The position numbers were made by a program, and so were the translations under genes. The notes beneath the pieces were generated by a model, which was given only the letters and a program-made list of their open reading frames with translations, made no database searches and was not told the origin of the DNA. 64,000 bases of DNA from Octopus sinensis. Lineage: Eukaryota. Below are positions 52,460-64,000 of the stretch, in pieces. The stretch is from the NCBI RefSeq assembly GCF_006345805.1, contig NC_043009.1:44020001-44084000 (forward strand), given 5' to 3'. The first letter of the stretch is position 1, and the number at the start of each line of letters is the position of its first letter.

Positions 52460-53460
52460 TAGGCGTAGGAGTGGCTGTGTGGTAAGTAGCTTGCTTACCA
52501 ACCACATGGTTCCGGGTTCTGTCCCACTGCGTGGCACCTTGTGTAAGTGTCTTCTACTATAGCCTCGGGCCTACCAGAGCCTTATGAGTGGATTTGGTAG
52601 ACGGAAACTGAAAGAAGCCCATCGTATATACACTACCGTCAGAAATTAATTAGCACCCTTGATTTGCTCACCATGAAGCATGGTGGGGGTGGTCTGATGG
52701 TGTGAGGGGCATTCAGCTACAGTGGTGTTGGGCGGCTCTATGCCGTCGAAGGCAACATCAACGCAGCAAAGTACGTTGAGATAGTACGGGATACCTCTTT
52801 GGTGGCGAGGAGTACGTGCTGGCCAGTCACCTGACCTGAACCCTATTGAGAACCTCTGGAGTCGATTGGGTAGGGATTTGAATGTGCAGCAATACAGGAA
52901 CCGACACGAGCTGTTTGGGGCACTTCTTGCTGCATGAGGGGCCATCCCTGCACAGTACCTGCAGGCACTCATAGACAGCATGCCGACCCGCGTAGCAGTT
53001 GTCATTGCTGCCAAAGGAGGAGCAACAGATATTGACTAAATTTCACGATTAATAACAATTATGTGGTGTGCTGGGATATGTTTTAATAAATTTTTGATTA
53101 AAAACGAGTTCGTTTCTGATAATAAGTTAATTAAATTAAGAAAATGTAAGAAAATGTAGAAATTTGAGAAGTGCTAATTAATTTCCGACGCAAGTGTATG
53201 TATGTATATGTGCGTGTGTGTGTGTGTGTGTGCGCGCGCGTGCGCGTGTGTGTGTGTATGTGTTTGTTTCTTTGGTCCCCCAACATCGCTTGACAACCGA
53301 TGCTGGTGTGTTTACGTCCCCGTAACTTAGCGGTTCAGCAAAAGAGACCGACAGAATAAGTACTATGCTTACAAAGAATAAGTCCTGGGGTCGATTTGCT
53401 CGACTAAAAGCGGTGCTCCAGCATAGCCACAGTCAAATGACTGAAACAAGTAAAAGAGTA
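52460..53460 (+). mobile_element. SINE group A split by a Tc1 insertion
   Basis: Head at 52460-52630, tail at about 53260-53460. Confidence 0.92.
52631..53196 (+). mobile_element. Internally deleted Tc1-like transposon (566 bp)
   Basis: TA TSD; 26-bp imperfect TIRs CACTACCGTCAGAAATTAATTAGCAC and GTGCTAATTAATTTCCGACGCAAGTG; KHGGGGLMV*GAFS, QSPDLNPIENLW and SMPTR..AAKGG motifs. Confidence 0.93.
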
Positions 53461-55272
53461 AGATTTTATTGTTTTACCGTCAAGTTTATTATTTTACACA
53501 CAAACTATTAACAAAAATTATATAAAACTTTTCTTTATACTTAATTCTTTTTAGATCCAATTTTTCAAAATATTTCAAAGAAAAATTTAATCATTCTTAC
53601 GAACCAAGTTCTTATGAAATATATGTAATGTATCTCATAAAATTGTATTTGTTAAATGCCATTTTCAACTCATTTCTTTTAAAGTACTGTCAATTTTGAC
53701 GGTGTAGTTTGACGCGCATATGCCCTCACTCTCTCCCCCCTTCTCTCTCTCACAGACATTATATATCAAACATATATAGATACATGCACATCATATACAT
53801 ATATATGTACATATGCATATATATGTGCACACTCACACATACGCACGCACACACACACAAACATTTACAATTTAGCACATTCAGCCTCTAAGTTTCTTTC
53901 AGTTAAACTGTCTAATACACAAAAACTTTAAATACACGAAGAAAAATAGATTCATCAACGAAAACTGTGTCGATTAAATTCAAGAAAATCCACCTTAGGT
54001 GTCCCATGCAATAGAACGAATATTTCTTTCTGTAAGGGACAACGATGGCTAGCAAATTTTCTTTGACAAACGTGAACAGAATCTAAGCAACATTTCATTT
54101 TCAAATATGGATTTAAGTCAACAAATACATACAAAAAGTCTACTTTTACTTTAAAATCTTCAAATTAAAAATTTTTTTTTAATACAGTATTTCAAAATAT
54201 ATTAACGTGAAATAAAAAAAAAGATGCCTGGTAAAGATATCCATTTAATCCGATAATCCAAAGAGCTTGTATCGAATTGACAACAACACCTATTGCAGAG
54301 CTTTAATAAGATTATCCTCCTCGAGCTAAATTTTACTTCAGTCATACATAGTAGCGAAATATTGTTTGAGCTACTCACAACTAAATAAACCTTATTTTAC
54401 TCTGAAGAACCATAAAGTTAGTCTTTACCATAAATTTTGTATTCGATTAATCAACCTCACGAAAACAGATATAGGAGTGATTAAGAAACATTTACTCGAC
54501 AAAATCAATCTTACCTTTATGGAATAACACCAAAGCAGAAACTGAATTGTTCAAATTAATCATGAATAAGAATAGAGCTAAATTTTTGCAGTTGATTAAC
54601 GCGTTTAATTTCGCAAAACCAATTAGCAATAACACTAACTCTGAAATAGACATTATACTACATGCAAGTAATAGCTGGTAAATGATAACGATTTTATTGT
54701 ATTTCGGGACGGTCATTTTTTTTCTTTTGCCAAATAAACACACGCACTGTATATTTTTTCTTCACTCATTCATTATTGTTCTTAAACGATTTTACTTAGA
54801 TCAAAAAACATTCTAGCATTCTGTTTGACGTAATCATAGAAGCTAATGATTCGACTGAAATTAATGATAATATTGGTCTTTATTTAGTGAACCATCTAAA
54901 AACCAAATTCTCTCATACTGAAGAGGGCATATATGGAGAAGATGGTTTTTGACTCTTGCCTCTCAATAACAAATCAACTCCATAACTTAATTTTAAGTTT
55001 GATACTTATGCTATAGGTATCTTTTTGGTGAACCGCCAAGTTACGAATATGTAAACAAACCAAAGCCTCTCGACATTTTCCAAAATTGAGTAGCAAATAC
55101 ACATGCGTACCCATACATATATGTGCACATATATACATGAATATATATATACACATATACATATATACATATAATTATATGTGTAAATATATTTATAGTA
55201 ATATGTTTGTATATGTGCGTGTGTATGTGTGTGCGTGTACGTATATGTATTTATGTATCTCTCTTTCTATTT

Positions 55273-55304
<32 letters not shown>

Positions 55305-56024
55305 ATGTGTGTGTGTATGCATATGCATGTATATATGGAGGGGGCTATAAAGATAAATGAGGAAGAGGAGGAGGAGGGGACAGAAAGAGTAAAAGAAAAA
55401 TTACGACAGAAAAAGGGAGTCTGTGAGTAGGAGGAGATGAAGAGACGTGGTATGATGGAGAGTGGGCAAGTGATGGAATTGGTGAGGGAGGTGTAAGGAG
55501 AGGGGTGAGCATGGACAAAGGTGATGAGTGGAGCAAAGGAACAAGTTGGAAAATGTTCAAAGGATGAGAAAGATGCGAGAGAAACGATAGAAAGAAAAAA
55601 AAATATAGAAAAATTTACCACGGTGAGAAGATAGAGGAGGAGATGGGTGAGGGGAGAAAGTAGGAGGAGACAGAGATGGAGAAATGGACAGGGATGAATT
55701 AAAGCAAAGAAAAGACAGCAGAGAGAGGAGGAGCAAGAGGCGGAGGAGGGGGTAAAAATAGAGGAAGAGAGAAAGAAAAAAGTGACACAGAAGAATTAAT
55801 GAAATATAGAAGGAGAAGAGAGAGAAAGAGGATCATACACACACACTCACATACATACACACACACTGATTAAAGAAAGAAAAAGAGAAAAAGAAAGACA
55901 GACACACATACCTCCTCCACACACACACACACACACACACACACAAAGATGAATTAATAAAAGAACGAGGAACAGAGAATGACATACCTGCATAAGAACA
56001 TGTATCTATGTCTATAATATATAT

Positions 56025-56580
56025 ATATATGTATGTATGTAGTACGTATGTACATACATACATACATATATACACAACACATACATATATACATGCATAC
56101 ATACATGCATACATACATACATGCATTCATACATACATACATACATACATGCATGCATACATATATACATACATACATACATACATGCATGCATGCATAC
56201 ATACATACATACATACATAAATACATACATACATACATACATACATGCATACATACATACATACATACATGCATGCATACATACATTTATACATACATAC
56301 ATACATATATACATACATGCATACATGCATACATACATACATGCAACATACATGCATACATACATACATACATACATACATACACAACACATACATACAT
56401 AGATACATACACACATACATACATACATGCATACATACATACATACATACATACACAACACATACATACATATATACACACACACATACATACATACATA
56501 CATACATACATACATACATACATACATACATACATACATACATACATACATACATACATGCATTCGTACGTACGTACATA
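56025..56580. repeat. Long (CATA)n tract
   Basis: Direct reading. Confidence 0.95.
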
Positions 56581-57198
56581 AATGCGCGTACACACAGTGG
56601 AATAAAAGAAAACGAAAGAGGGGGGGGCAGAGAGTGAGAGCGATGATAAAGCGAATACGGAAAGCAAGGTCTCTTTCAAACATCTTACTTGGTGAAAAGC
56701 TATTTACGAAGAAAGCTCTCCTTTCTAATGCATAATTCTTTTTAAGCTATCCACATGGCTGTAGAATTTCAAATGGCACTTTGTGTTTTCAATAAATAAG
56801 TCACAGACAAAAACACAACCATTTCTACAACTTATTCCTAATATAGGTTTTTCCCGTTGTCGTCTTACTTAATCACTGCCCGCTTGAGTGATTTTTGCTG
56901 GAGAATCTACTGAAAGAAGAAATTGGTTTGGATCTTGATTCCGGTCTTAGAACACCACACCAACCGTAAAGAATCTCCCCTGTTAATTATATCATTCATA
57001 AAGAGTTCTCAATTGTGCCTGCTTTTTCTATCGGCATCACAGGAAAAACTTGGTCGTCGCCATCAAAAATTGTGTGAAACGAATAAAAGAGAGCGGCAGG
57101 TCAAGAGCAGGTAATTTAGTCGAACCACTGTCATTAGCTAACGTGATTGGAAACATCTTCAAAAGTGATGCTTGAAAAATCGGTGTTTGATCCCAACT

Positions 57199-57199
<1 letters not shown>

Positions 57200-57284
<85 letters not shown>

Positions 57285-57288
57285 TCAC

Positions 57289-57328
<40 letters not shown>
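57200..57328. repeat. (CT)n tract
   Basis: Direct reading. Confidence 0.95.
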
Positions 57329-57330
<2 letters not shown>

Positions 57331-57470
57331 GAACCTCCCCATACACATTAGCGAAAAAGTCGCAGTTTTCAAAATACGGTGAGTTCTTTGCAGATTGATA
57401 ACAATTTTATTGTTATCTTTAATAAAAATTGGTTGAGCACGCATAGTGTGGGCGCGCGTATGCGTGTGTG

Positions 57471-57503
<33 letters not shown>

Positions 57504-57540
57504 GTGTGTGTGTGTGTGTATGTGTGTGTGTGTTTAATAA

Positions 57541-57710
57541 AGGCACAAGCATAGTTGTGTCGTTAAGAAGTTCGCTACATAGCCAAGCGGTTCCGGATTC
57601 AATCCCGCTGCGTGGTATTTAGTTGACTATTTTCTACTGTAGCTCCTGATCGACCAAGTGCCTGTGAGTAGATTCGATGCATAGAAACTGTACTGAAACC
57701 CGTCGTATAT
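57541..57710 (+). mobile_element. SINE group A-like head, diverged
   Basis: aggcacaagcatagttgtgtcgttaagaagttcgc...ttcaatcccgctgcgtgg...gaaacccgtcgtatatgtg. Confidence 0.7.
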
Positions 57711-58208
57711 GTGCGTGTATGTAGCATGTATGTTTACGTATATGTCTGTGTGTATATAGTTTGATTTGAAAACCCCACTAGAATGGGAGAAAGCGCTAAT
57801 GATCTAAGTGATATGATATATATATAAAAAATGTAATATACAAATAAATATCTGTAAATATAAACCATCCGATCTTCTGAGTACCTCATTTCTTCTAATA
57901 TATACATATATATATGTGTATATATATATACGTATATATATGCGTATATTTTCTTGACATCATGCGTTTATGATAAACAAATTACACCGTCCATGCAAGT
58001 AGTAATGTTTGCTTGCATACCATCGCCAAACCACATCCAGACTGGAGAAAATGTTAACTGGGTTGGAAACGGGTGGAGGATGACGATAAGAAGAGCTTCT
58101 AACTGTAGAAAATCTACCTCATCGAAATTCGTATCACTCATACAAGCATGGAAAAGCAGGCTTTAAACATCTTATCGTGTGTGTACGTATTTGTATACTT
58201 GTAGATAT

Positions 58209-58350
<142 letters not shown>

Positions 58351-58401
58351 TGATTGATTGTGGGATTGATTGATTGTGTATATATATATATATATATATA
58401 C

Positions 58402-58988
58402 ATATGTGGGCACAGGATGTCATGAAACGCGTACGACAAAAAATACGAAGTACGAGTACATGGAATACGAACTATTTTTTCAAACAACGAAAGATACAAA
58501 TGAAAAGGAAAACAAAACAAACAACATAAAGAACGACTCTTCATCAGTTGTTGGCTGTTTTTCTACTCTCGTATTTCGAGCATTTAACAACAATATACGC
58601 TTTCGATAAAACATTTGCTCCCGCAAAGCAAATTAAATAAAATTTGGGATTTTGCAGAGGATCAAAATTGGTAACACAAACAGAACAGTGAAAACAAACA
58701 AGAAGGGCTGCTAAGCCTAAACAAGGTTGTGGTGGCGAACGCGTAAATCAAGCTTGGACAGGAGACAGACAAGAACACGTCTTCCTTGTTCCAGTTACAA
58801 CGGAGAGAAAGAAAGAAACACAAGATAGGAGAAGAAAGAAAGATGGCCGATGAAAGATCGTTCTTTATGTTTTTTTTCTTGTTTTCCGTTTGTGTCTTTC
58901 GTTGTTCGAAAATATAGTTCATATTCCATGTACTCGTACTTCGTAATTTTTTGTTGTACACGTTTCATGACGTCCTATGCCCACATAT
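58402..58988. mobile_element. (TA)n-embedded element (~590 bp) with ~140-bp terminal inverted repeats
   Basis: 58402-58545 is the reverse complement of 58849-58988; partial second copy at 6680. Confidence 0.88.
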
Positions 58989-59008
58989 AAATATATATAT
59001 ATATATAT

Positions 59009-59096
59009 AAGGTTAATCCAAACGGGAAACAGAAAAAACAACACGTGGAACAATTACAGTATTATTATTATTAGGCGCTCAGGAAAATGGAAGAAG
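59009..59096 (-). mobile_element. Family P1 terminal fragment
   Basis: (TA)n aaggttaatccaaacg...cacgtggaacaattacagtatt...gcgctcaggaaaatggaagaag. Confidence 0.75.
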
Positions 59097-59174
59097 ATAT
59101 ATATATATATAATATATATATATATATATTATATATAATATATATATATATGTATACATGTATGTATGTATATA

Positions 59175-59256
<82 letters not shown>

Positions 59257-59691
59257 GTATAGATGTAAGTATGCACATATACGTATATATGTATGTATAT
59301 AGCTTCATAGGAGCTTCGAATATGAAATGCAATTTATTTAGAAAAGAACTATATTCGTGTGAAGCTATAAGGTATTATTCAGGCACTCAACTCTAAATCC
59401 ACTGCACCTTCTAGCAGAAATAGCAGTCGGCTAATGAAGTTCATAAGATAATCATTAATTCTTGTGCCACCTCTCTTTCTTACTGTGAATACGTGCGCGC
59501 GCGACGGTCTTCTTTTAATTTACGTCAACCAAATCCACTCACAGGGCTTTGGTTGGACCGAGGCTTCAGCAGAAGATACCTGCCTAAGTGCCGCTTAGTG
59601 TGACTGAACCCGGATCCATGTGGTTGAGAAACAAGCTTCTTACCACCCACTCACGCCTATATATCAATATATCATATATTAAATATTATAT

Positions 59692-60002
59692 GAGGCGGCG
59701 AGCTGGCAGAATCGTTAGCTCGCCGGGCGAAATGCGTAGCCGTATTTCGTCTGCCGTTACGTTCTGAGTTCAAATTCCGCCGAGGTCGACTTTGCCTTTC
59801 ATCCTTTCAGGGTCGATTAAATAAGTACCAGTTATGCACTGGGGTCGATATAATCGACTTAATCTGTTTGCCTGTCCTTGTTTAGCCCCTTCTGTGTTTA
59901 GCCCCTTGTGGGTAGTAAAGAAATAGGTATTTCGTCTGCGGCCGATGGAATCAGCCTCACTCCTCACCAAAATTTCAGGCCTTGTGCCTATAGTAGAAAG
60001 GA
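59692..60002 (+). mobile_element. SINE group B with tail 1, junction and tail-2 remnant
   Basis: Consensus unit, then aaagaaata|ggtatttcgtctgc, then caaaatttcaggccttgtgcctatagtagaaagg. Confidence 0.9.
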
Positions 60003-60618
60003 GAGTATAATATATATATATACCAGTGAAGGCTTGTGTACAGTTTCCGTCAAGCAAATTCACACACAAGGCACTGTTCGACTCGGGACTATTGCAGAAG
60101 ACACTAAGTAAAGGCAACGCGCGATGAGAGCGAACTCGAAACCATGTAGTTGCGCAGGTAACTTCTCAACCATACAGCAAGGTTTGTGCCAATATTTGTG
60201 TCTCTTCATGCGCACACGTAAACGTATATGTGTCTATATATGCATACGTGTGTGTGTGTGTGTGTGTGTGTGGTGTTTTTATGTGTGTGTGTGTATGTGT
60301 GAGTGTTTATCTGCTCGGAAACAGAAGACAAGAAGGCGTTTAATAGTCGGATATTCAAAAGGCGACAATACAAGGCTGTAATGATAGCAAGGATTAGATT
60401 AAGACACTTGCTCAACGTCGATTTAATACTTGGAAAGTTCCCGCCCCGAATTCCAGTGGGGGTGGTATGTGTGTGTGTGTATCAATATATATACATAGTT
60501 CTTTCTCTCTCTCTCTTTGTACACACATACACATATATATATATATATATATATGTGCATGTGCATACGCATATATATGTATACATGTATGTGTGTGCGT
60601 GCGTATGTATGTATATGT

Positions 60619-60935
60619 GAGGGCGCGTGGCTTAGTGGTTAGGGCATTCGGCTCATGATCGTAAGGTTGTGAGTTCGATTCCCGGCGACGCGTTGTGTCC
60701 TTGAGCAAGACACTTTATTTCACGTTGCTCCAGTCCACTCAGCTGGCAAAAATGAGTTGTACTTGTATTTCAAAGGGTCAGCCTTGTCACTCTCTGTGTC
60801 ACGCTGATTATCCCCGAGAACTACGTTAAGGGTACACGTGTCTGTGGAATGCTCAGCCATTTGCACGTTAATTTCACGAGCAAGCTGTTCCGTTGATCGT
60901 ATCAGCTGGGACCCTCGCCGTCGTAACCGGCGGAG
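60619..60935 (+). mobile_element. SINE group C, tail type c2, full length
   Basis: gggcgcgtggcttagtggttagggc (A box), gagttcgattccc (B box), CORE-like block. Confidence 0.9.
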
Positions 60936-61438
60936 TCTAGAGAGAATGTATGTATATATATAATATAAGCACACACCTATAACGTTCACAAACGCACATG
61001 CACATGCACGCACGCACGCACACGCACGCACACACACATACACACACATATATGTATGTATATATGTTCAACACGGCTCCTGTTGACACACACAGAAGTC
61101 GGGTTCAATGTCTCTAAGAAGCGAAGTCATAAAACTTGCCGTTCTTTTCTTTGTCAGGGATCTTATTTAAAATACCAAAACAAAAAAAGAACAAGTAGAA
61201 TATAAAAACCAAAAAAAGAACAATCCGCTCTACCTCGACCACCGTTTCCATCACCACCAACACCCCCACCGCCTCCACCACCTCCACCAACAACACTAAT
61301 ACCGGCCCCAACACCACCACCACGAATACTAGTACTAACACTGCCGCCAACACCACCGCCATACCAACAGCACAACCACTAACTAGCACCAACACTGCCA
61401 CTACTAACACCTATACTACTATCACGACTACTAATACC

Positions 61439-61840
61439 TATTTCTTTACTACCCACAAGGGGCTAAACACAGAGAGGACAAACGGATTAAGTCGATTATA
61501 TCGACCCCAGTGCGTAACTGGTACTTATTTAATCGACCCCGAAAGGATGAAAGGCAAAGTCGACCTCGGCGGAATTTGAACTCAGAACGTAACAGCAGAC
61601 GAAATACCTATTTCTCTACTACCCACAAGGGGCTAAACACATAGAGGACAAACAAGGACAGACAAACGGATTAAGTCGATTATATCGACCCCAGTGCGTA
61701 ACTGGTACTTAATTTATCGACCCCGAAAGGATGTAAGGCAAAGTCGACCTCGGCGGAATTTGAACTCACAACGTAACGCAGACGAAATACCGCTAAGCAT
61801 TTCGCCCGGCGTGCTAACGGTTCTGCCAGCTCGCCGCCTT
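61439..61840 (-). mobile_element. SINE group B dimer flanked by a 63-bp direct duplication
   Basis: Two units joined at gaaatacctatttc; flanks 61376-61438 and 61842-61904 differ at 4 positions. Confidence 0.92.
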
Positions 61841-62761
61841 CCCATTAACTAGCACCAACACTGCCACCACTAACACCTATACTACTATCACAACTAGTAA
61901 TACCAACGCCACCACTGCCACAAATTGAATGAAACTCTTGTGTAGAAGATCGTAAAATACAGTAAGACAGTTACATATCGCGTTTTCTTTCTCCACCTCA
62001 ACGAATTCTATACCCCGTGGCCTAAGCCACCGGAAAAGGTTTCATTGTTTTAAGGGGTCTTGTTATTTTTCTGTTGGTATTAGATTTATTTTTTGGTAGG
62101 GTTCTTTGTTTCTTCTTGTAGCTCTTCACTCTTTCTTTCTCTCACACACATTCTTTTTTCTCTCTCCCCTTCAAAACGAAAACAAAAAACTGATATATTG
62201 TTAGTTTCGCAGATGGACAAGGCAAGATAATGGACCCCGCTGTGACGTACGGAATGGCTATAGTTCAAATAGTCAGGCTTGTCTTTGAGACTTTTAGTTT
62301 CCTTGCCAAAGCTATATTTGTTCTTTCACTTCCTTCCCTCCACTCCATTCCCACCCGACCAAAAGAAATGAAAAATAAAAACAAAAGTTCTTCTCTCCCC
62401 CCCTCTCTCTTTCCCTCCCTCTCTCTCCCCCTCTCTCTCTCCCCCTCTCTCTTTCCCTCCCTCTCTCTCCCTCTCACCACCCTCATTTTGTTAGCACCAA
62501 AAGAACAGTGTATCATTTTTCTTTCTCGTTCTAAATCCATGTTGTTATTGTTGCTACTGCAATTGATGGTGATGATGATGATGATGGTGATGGTGTTGTT
62601 GTTGTTGTTGTTGTTGTTTGCCGCTAGGGGGCGAGTTCATAGACAATCATATATACTGTCATTTAGCATTAGTTTAAATTAGGCTGCAACAAGAACGAGA
62701 CTTCTTAGGAATGTTCAACCATTAACATTTAAGAAAGATAGATGTGGACAGAAGAAAGAAA

Positions 62762-62826
<65 letters not shown>

Positions 62827-63359
62827 AAAACAGTGATAAATCTTTGAATATCAAAAATTACTACTTCATCACCTAGCACCACTACCATCACCACCTTTAC
62901 CACTAACGTTACCATTGCCATCATCATCATCATCAACAACAACAATAACAACACCATTACCTTTGTCTTTCGTGCTTTCCTTTTCTTCCTTCTACCGTTT
63001 CTCATTGACGTTGACATTCTCAAAGACAGCATTCAAGATAAAGATCATCAGAGCTAAACATATGAAAAGGAATTCTTTAAACAGTGTGTGTGTGTGTGTG
63101 TGTAATACGCACATACATATATGTGAGTGCATATTTGTGTGTGTGTGTGTGTATGTGTGTGTGTGTGTGTGTGTGTAATACACACATACATATATGTGAG
63201 TGCATATTTGTGTGTGTGTATATGTGGGTGTGTGTGTGTGTGTGTGTGTGTGAAATTTTCTATGGGTGTTTTTTGTAAGAAGAATATACAGTTAAGGGCA
63301 AGCTACAATACTGAGCCGAAAATAATATTTAATTATTAATTGCTTTTAAAAAAATGTTG

Positions 63360-64000
63360 ACACAAGGGAGGGGATTAATCGATTACATCAACCCCAGTAC
63401 TTGACTGGTATTTTGTTCTATCGACCTCGAAAGGATGAAACGCAAAGTTGACCTCGGCAACATTTGAACTCAGAAAGTCAAAAGCCGGAAGAAATGCAGC
63501 GTAACATTTTCTTCGGCGTGTTAACGATTCTGCCAGTTTGAGGTCCCTTTTTTTAAAATTATTAATCGCAGTTATAAATGTATTATAAACGGTTCGCCAA
63601 TCCGTTTAATAATGTTTTCAAATTTTGGTACAAGGCCAGCAATTTTAGAGGAAGGATTAAGTCGATTACATCGACCATCTGTATTATTTTATCGACCCCG
63701 ATAAAACTAAAGTCGACCTCGCCGGAATTTGAACCCGGAACGTGAACACGGACGAAATATCGCCAAGCATTTTTGCTTGGCGTGCTTAACGATTCTTATT
63801 TTTTTATTGCCCAAAAGAGGCTAAACACAGAGGGAACAAACAAGGACAGACAAAGAGATTAAGTCGATTACATCGACCCCAGTGCGTAACTGGTACTTAA
63901 TTTATCGACCCCGAAAGGATGAAAGGCAAAGTCGACCTCGGCGGAATTTGAACACAGAACCTAGCGGCAGACGAAATACGGCTACGCATTTCGCCCGGCG
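63360..64000 (-). mobile_element. Cluster of three SINE group B units; the last runs off the window
   Basis: Repeated atcgacc(c/t)cgaaaggatgaaa..caaagt.gacctcggc blocks at about 63420, 63690 and 63905. Confidence 0.88.

Noticed and set aside
53761-53775. 15-nt match to miR-190 (ATATGTTTGATATAT, minus strand)
   Set aside because: Seed position 2 and the 3' end mismatch, no pre-miRNA hairpin, low-complexity AT context
58530-58585. Possible type II hammerhead (GAAA...CTGATGA, minus strand)
   Set aside because: No U at position 16.1 and helix I cannot be formed

Overview
Eukaryotic, AT-rich and saturated with microsatellites. The repeat complement suggests an octopod cephalopod (Octopus sp.); this is inferred from the SINE families and was not database-checked. 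I found no host protein-coding exon, rRNA, genuine tRNA gene or CRISPR array, so the window looks like a large intron or intergenic region. Nearly all ORF-track hits are read-throughs of (TA)n, (CA)n, (TATG)n, (AAT)n or (CT)n. Recognisable content: (1) dozens of copies of four tRNA-headed SINE groups, here called A-D; (2) a 2.9-kb degenerate L1/Tx1 LINE (49100-52020, -) and an older fragment of the same type; (3) RTE and R4/Dong 3' fragments; (4) a mariner 5' fragment and an internally deleted Tc1 element nested in a SINE; (5) a complete non-autonomous Helitron; (6) several TA-flanked fold-back or MITE-like elements; (7) a 100-N assembly gap. The most interesting signal is a set of small non-coding, (TA)n-associated elements carrying Penelope-type minimal hammerhead ribozyme motifs (CUGANGA - helix II - GAAA - palindromic helix III - UH), some within long fold-backs. 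Also notable are SINE multimers with a fixed junction and an unusually long (63-bp) target duplication. All family assignments come from motif recognition by eye.
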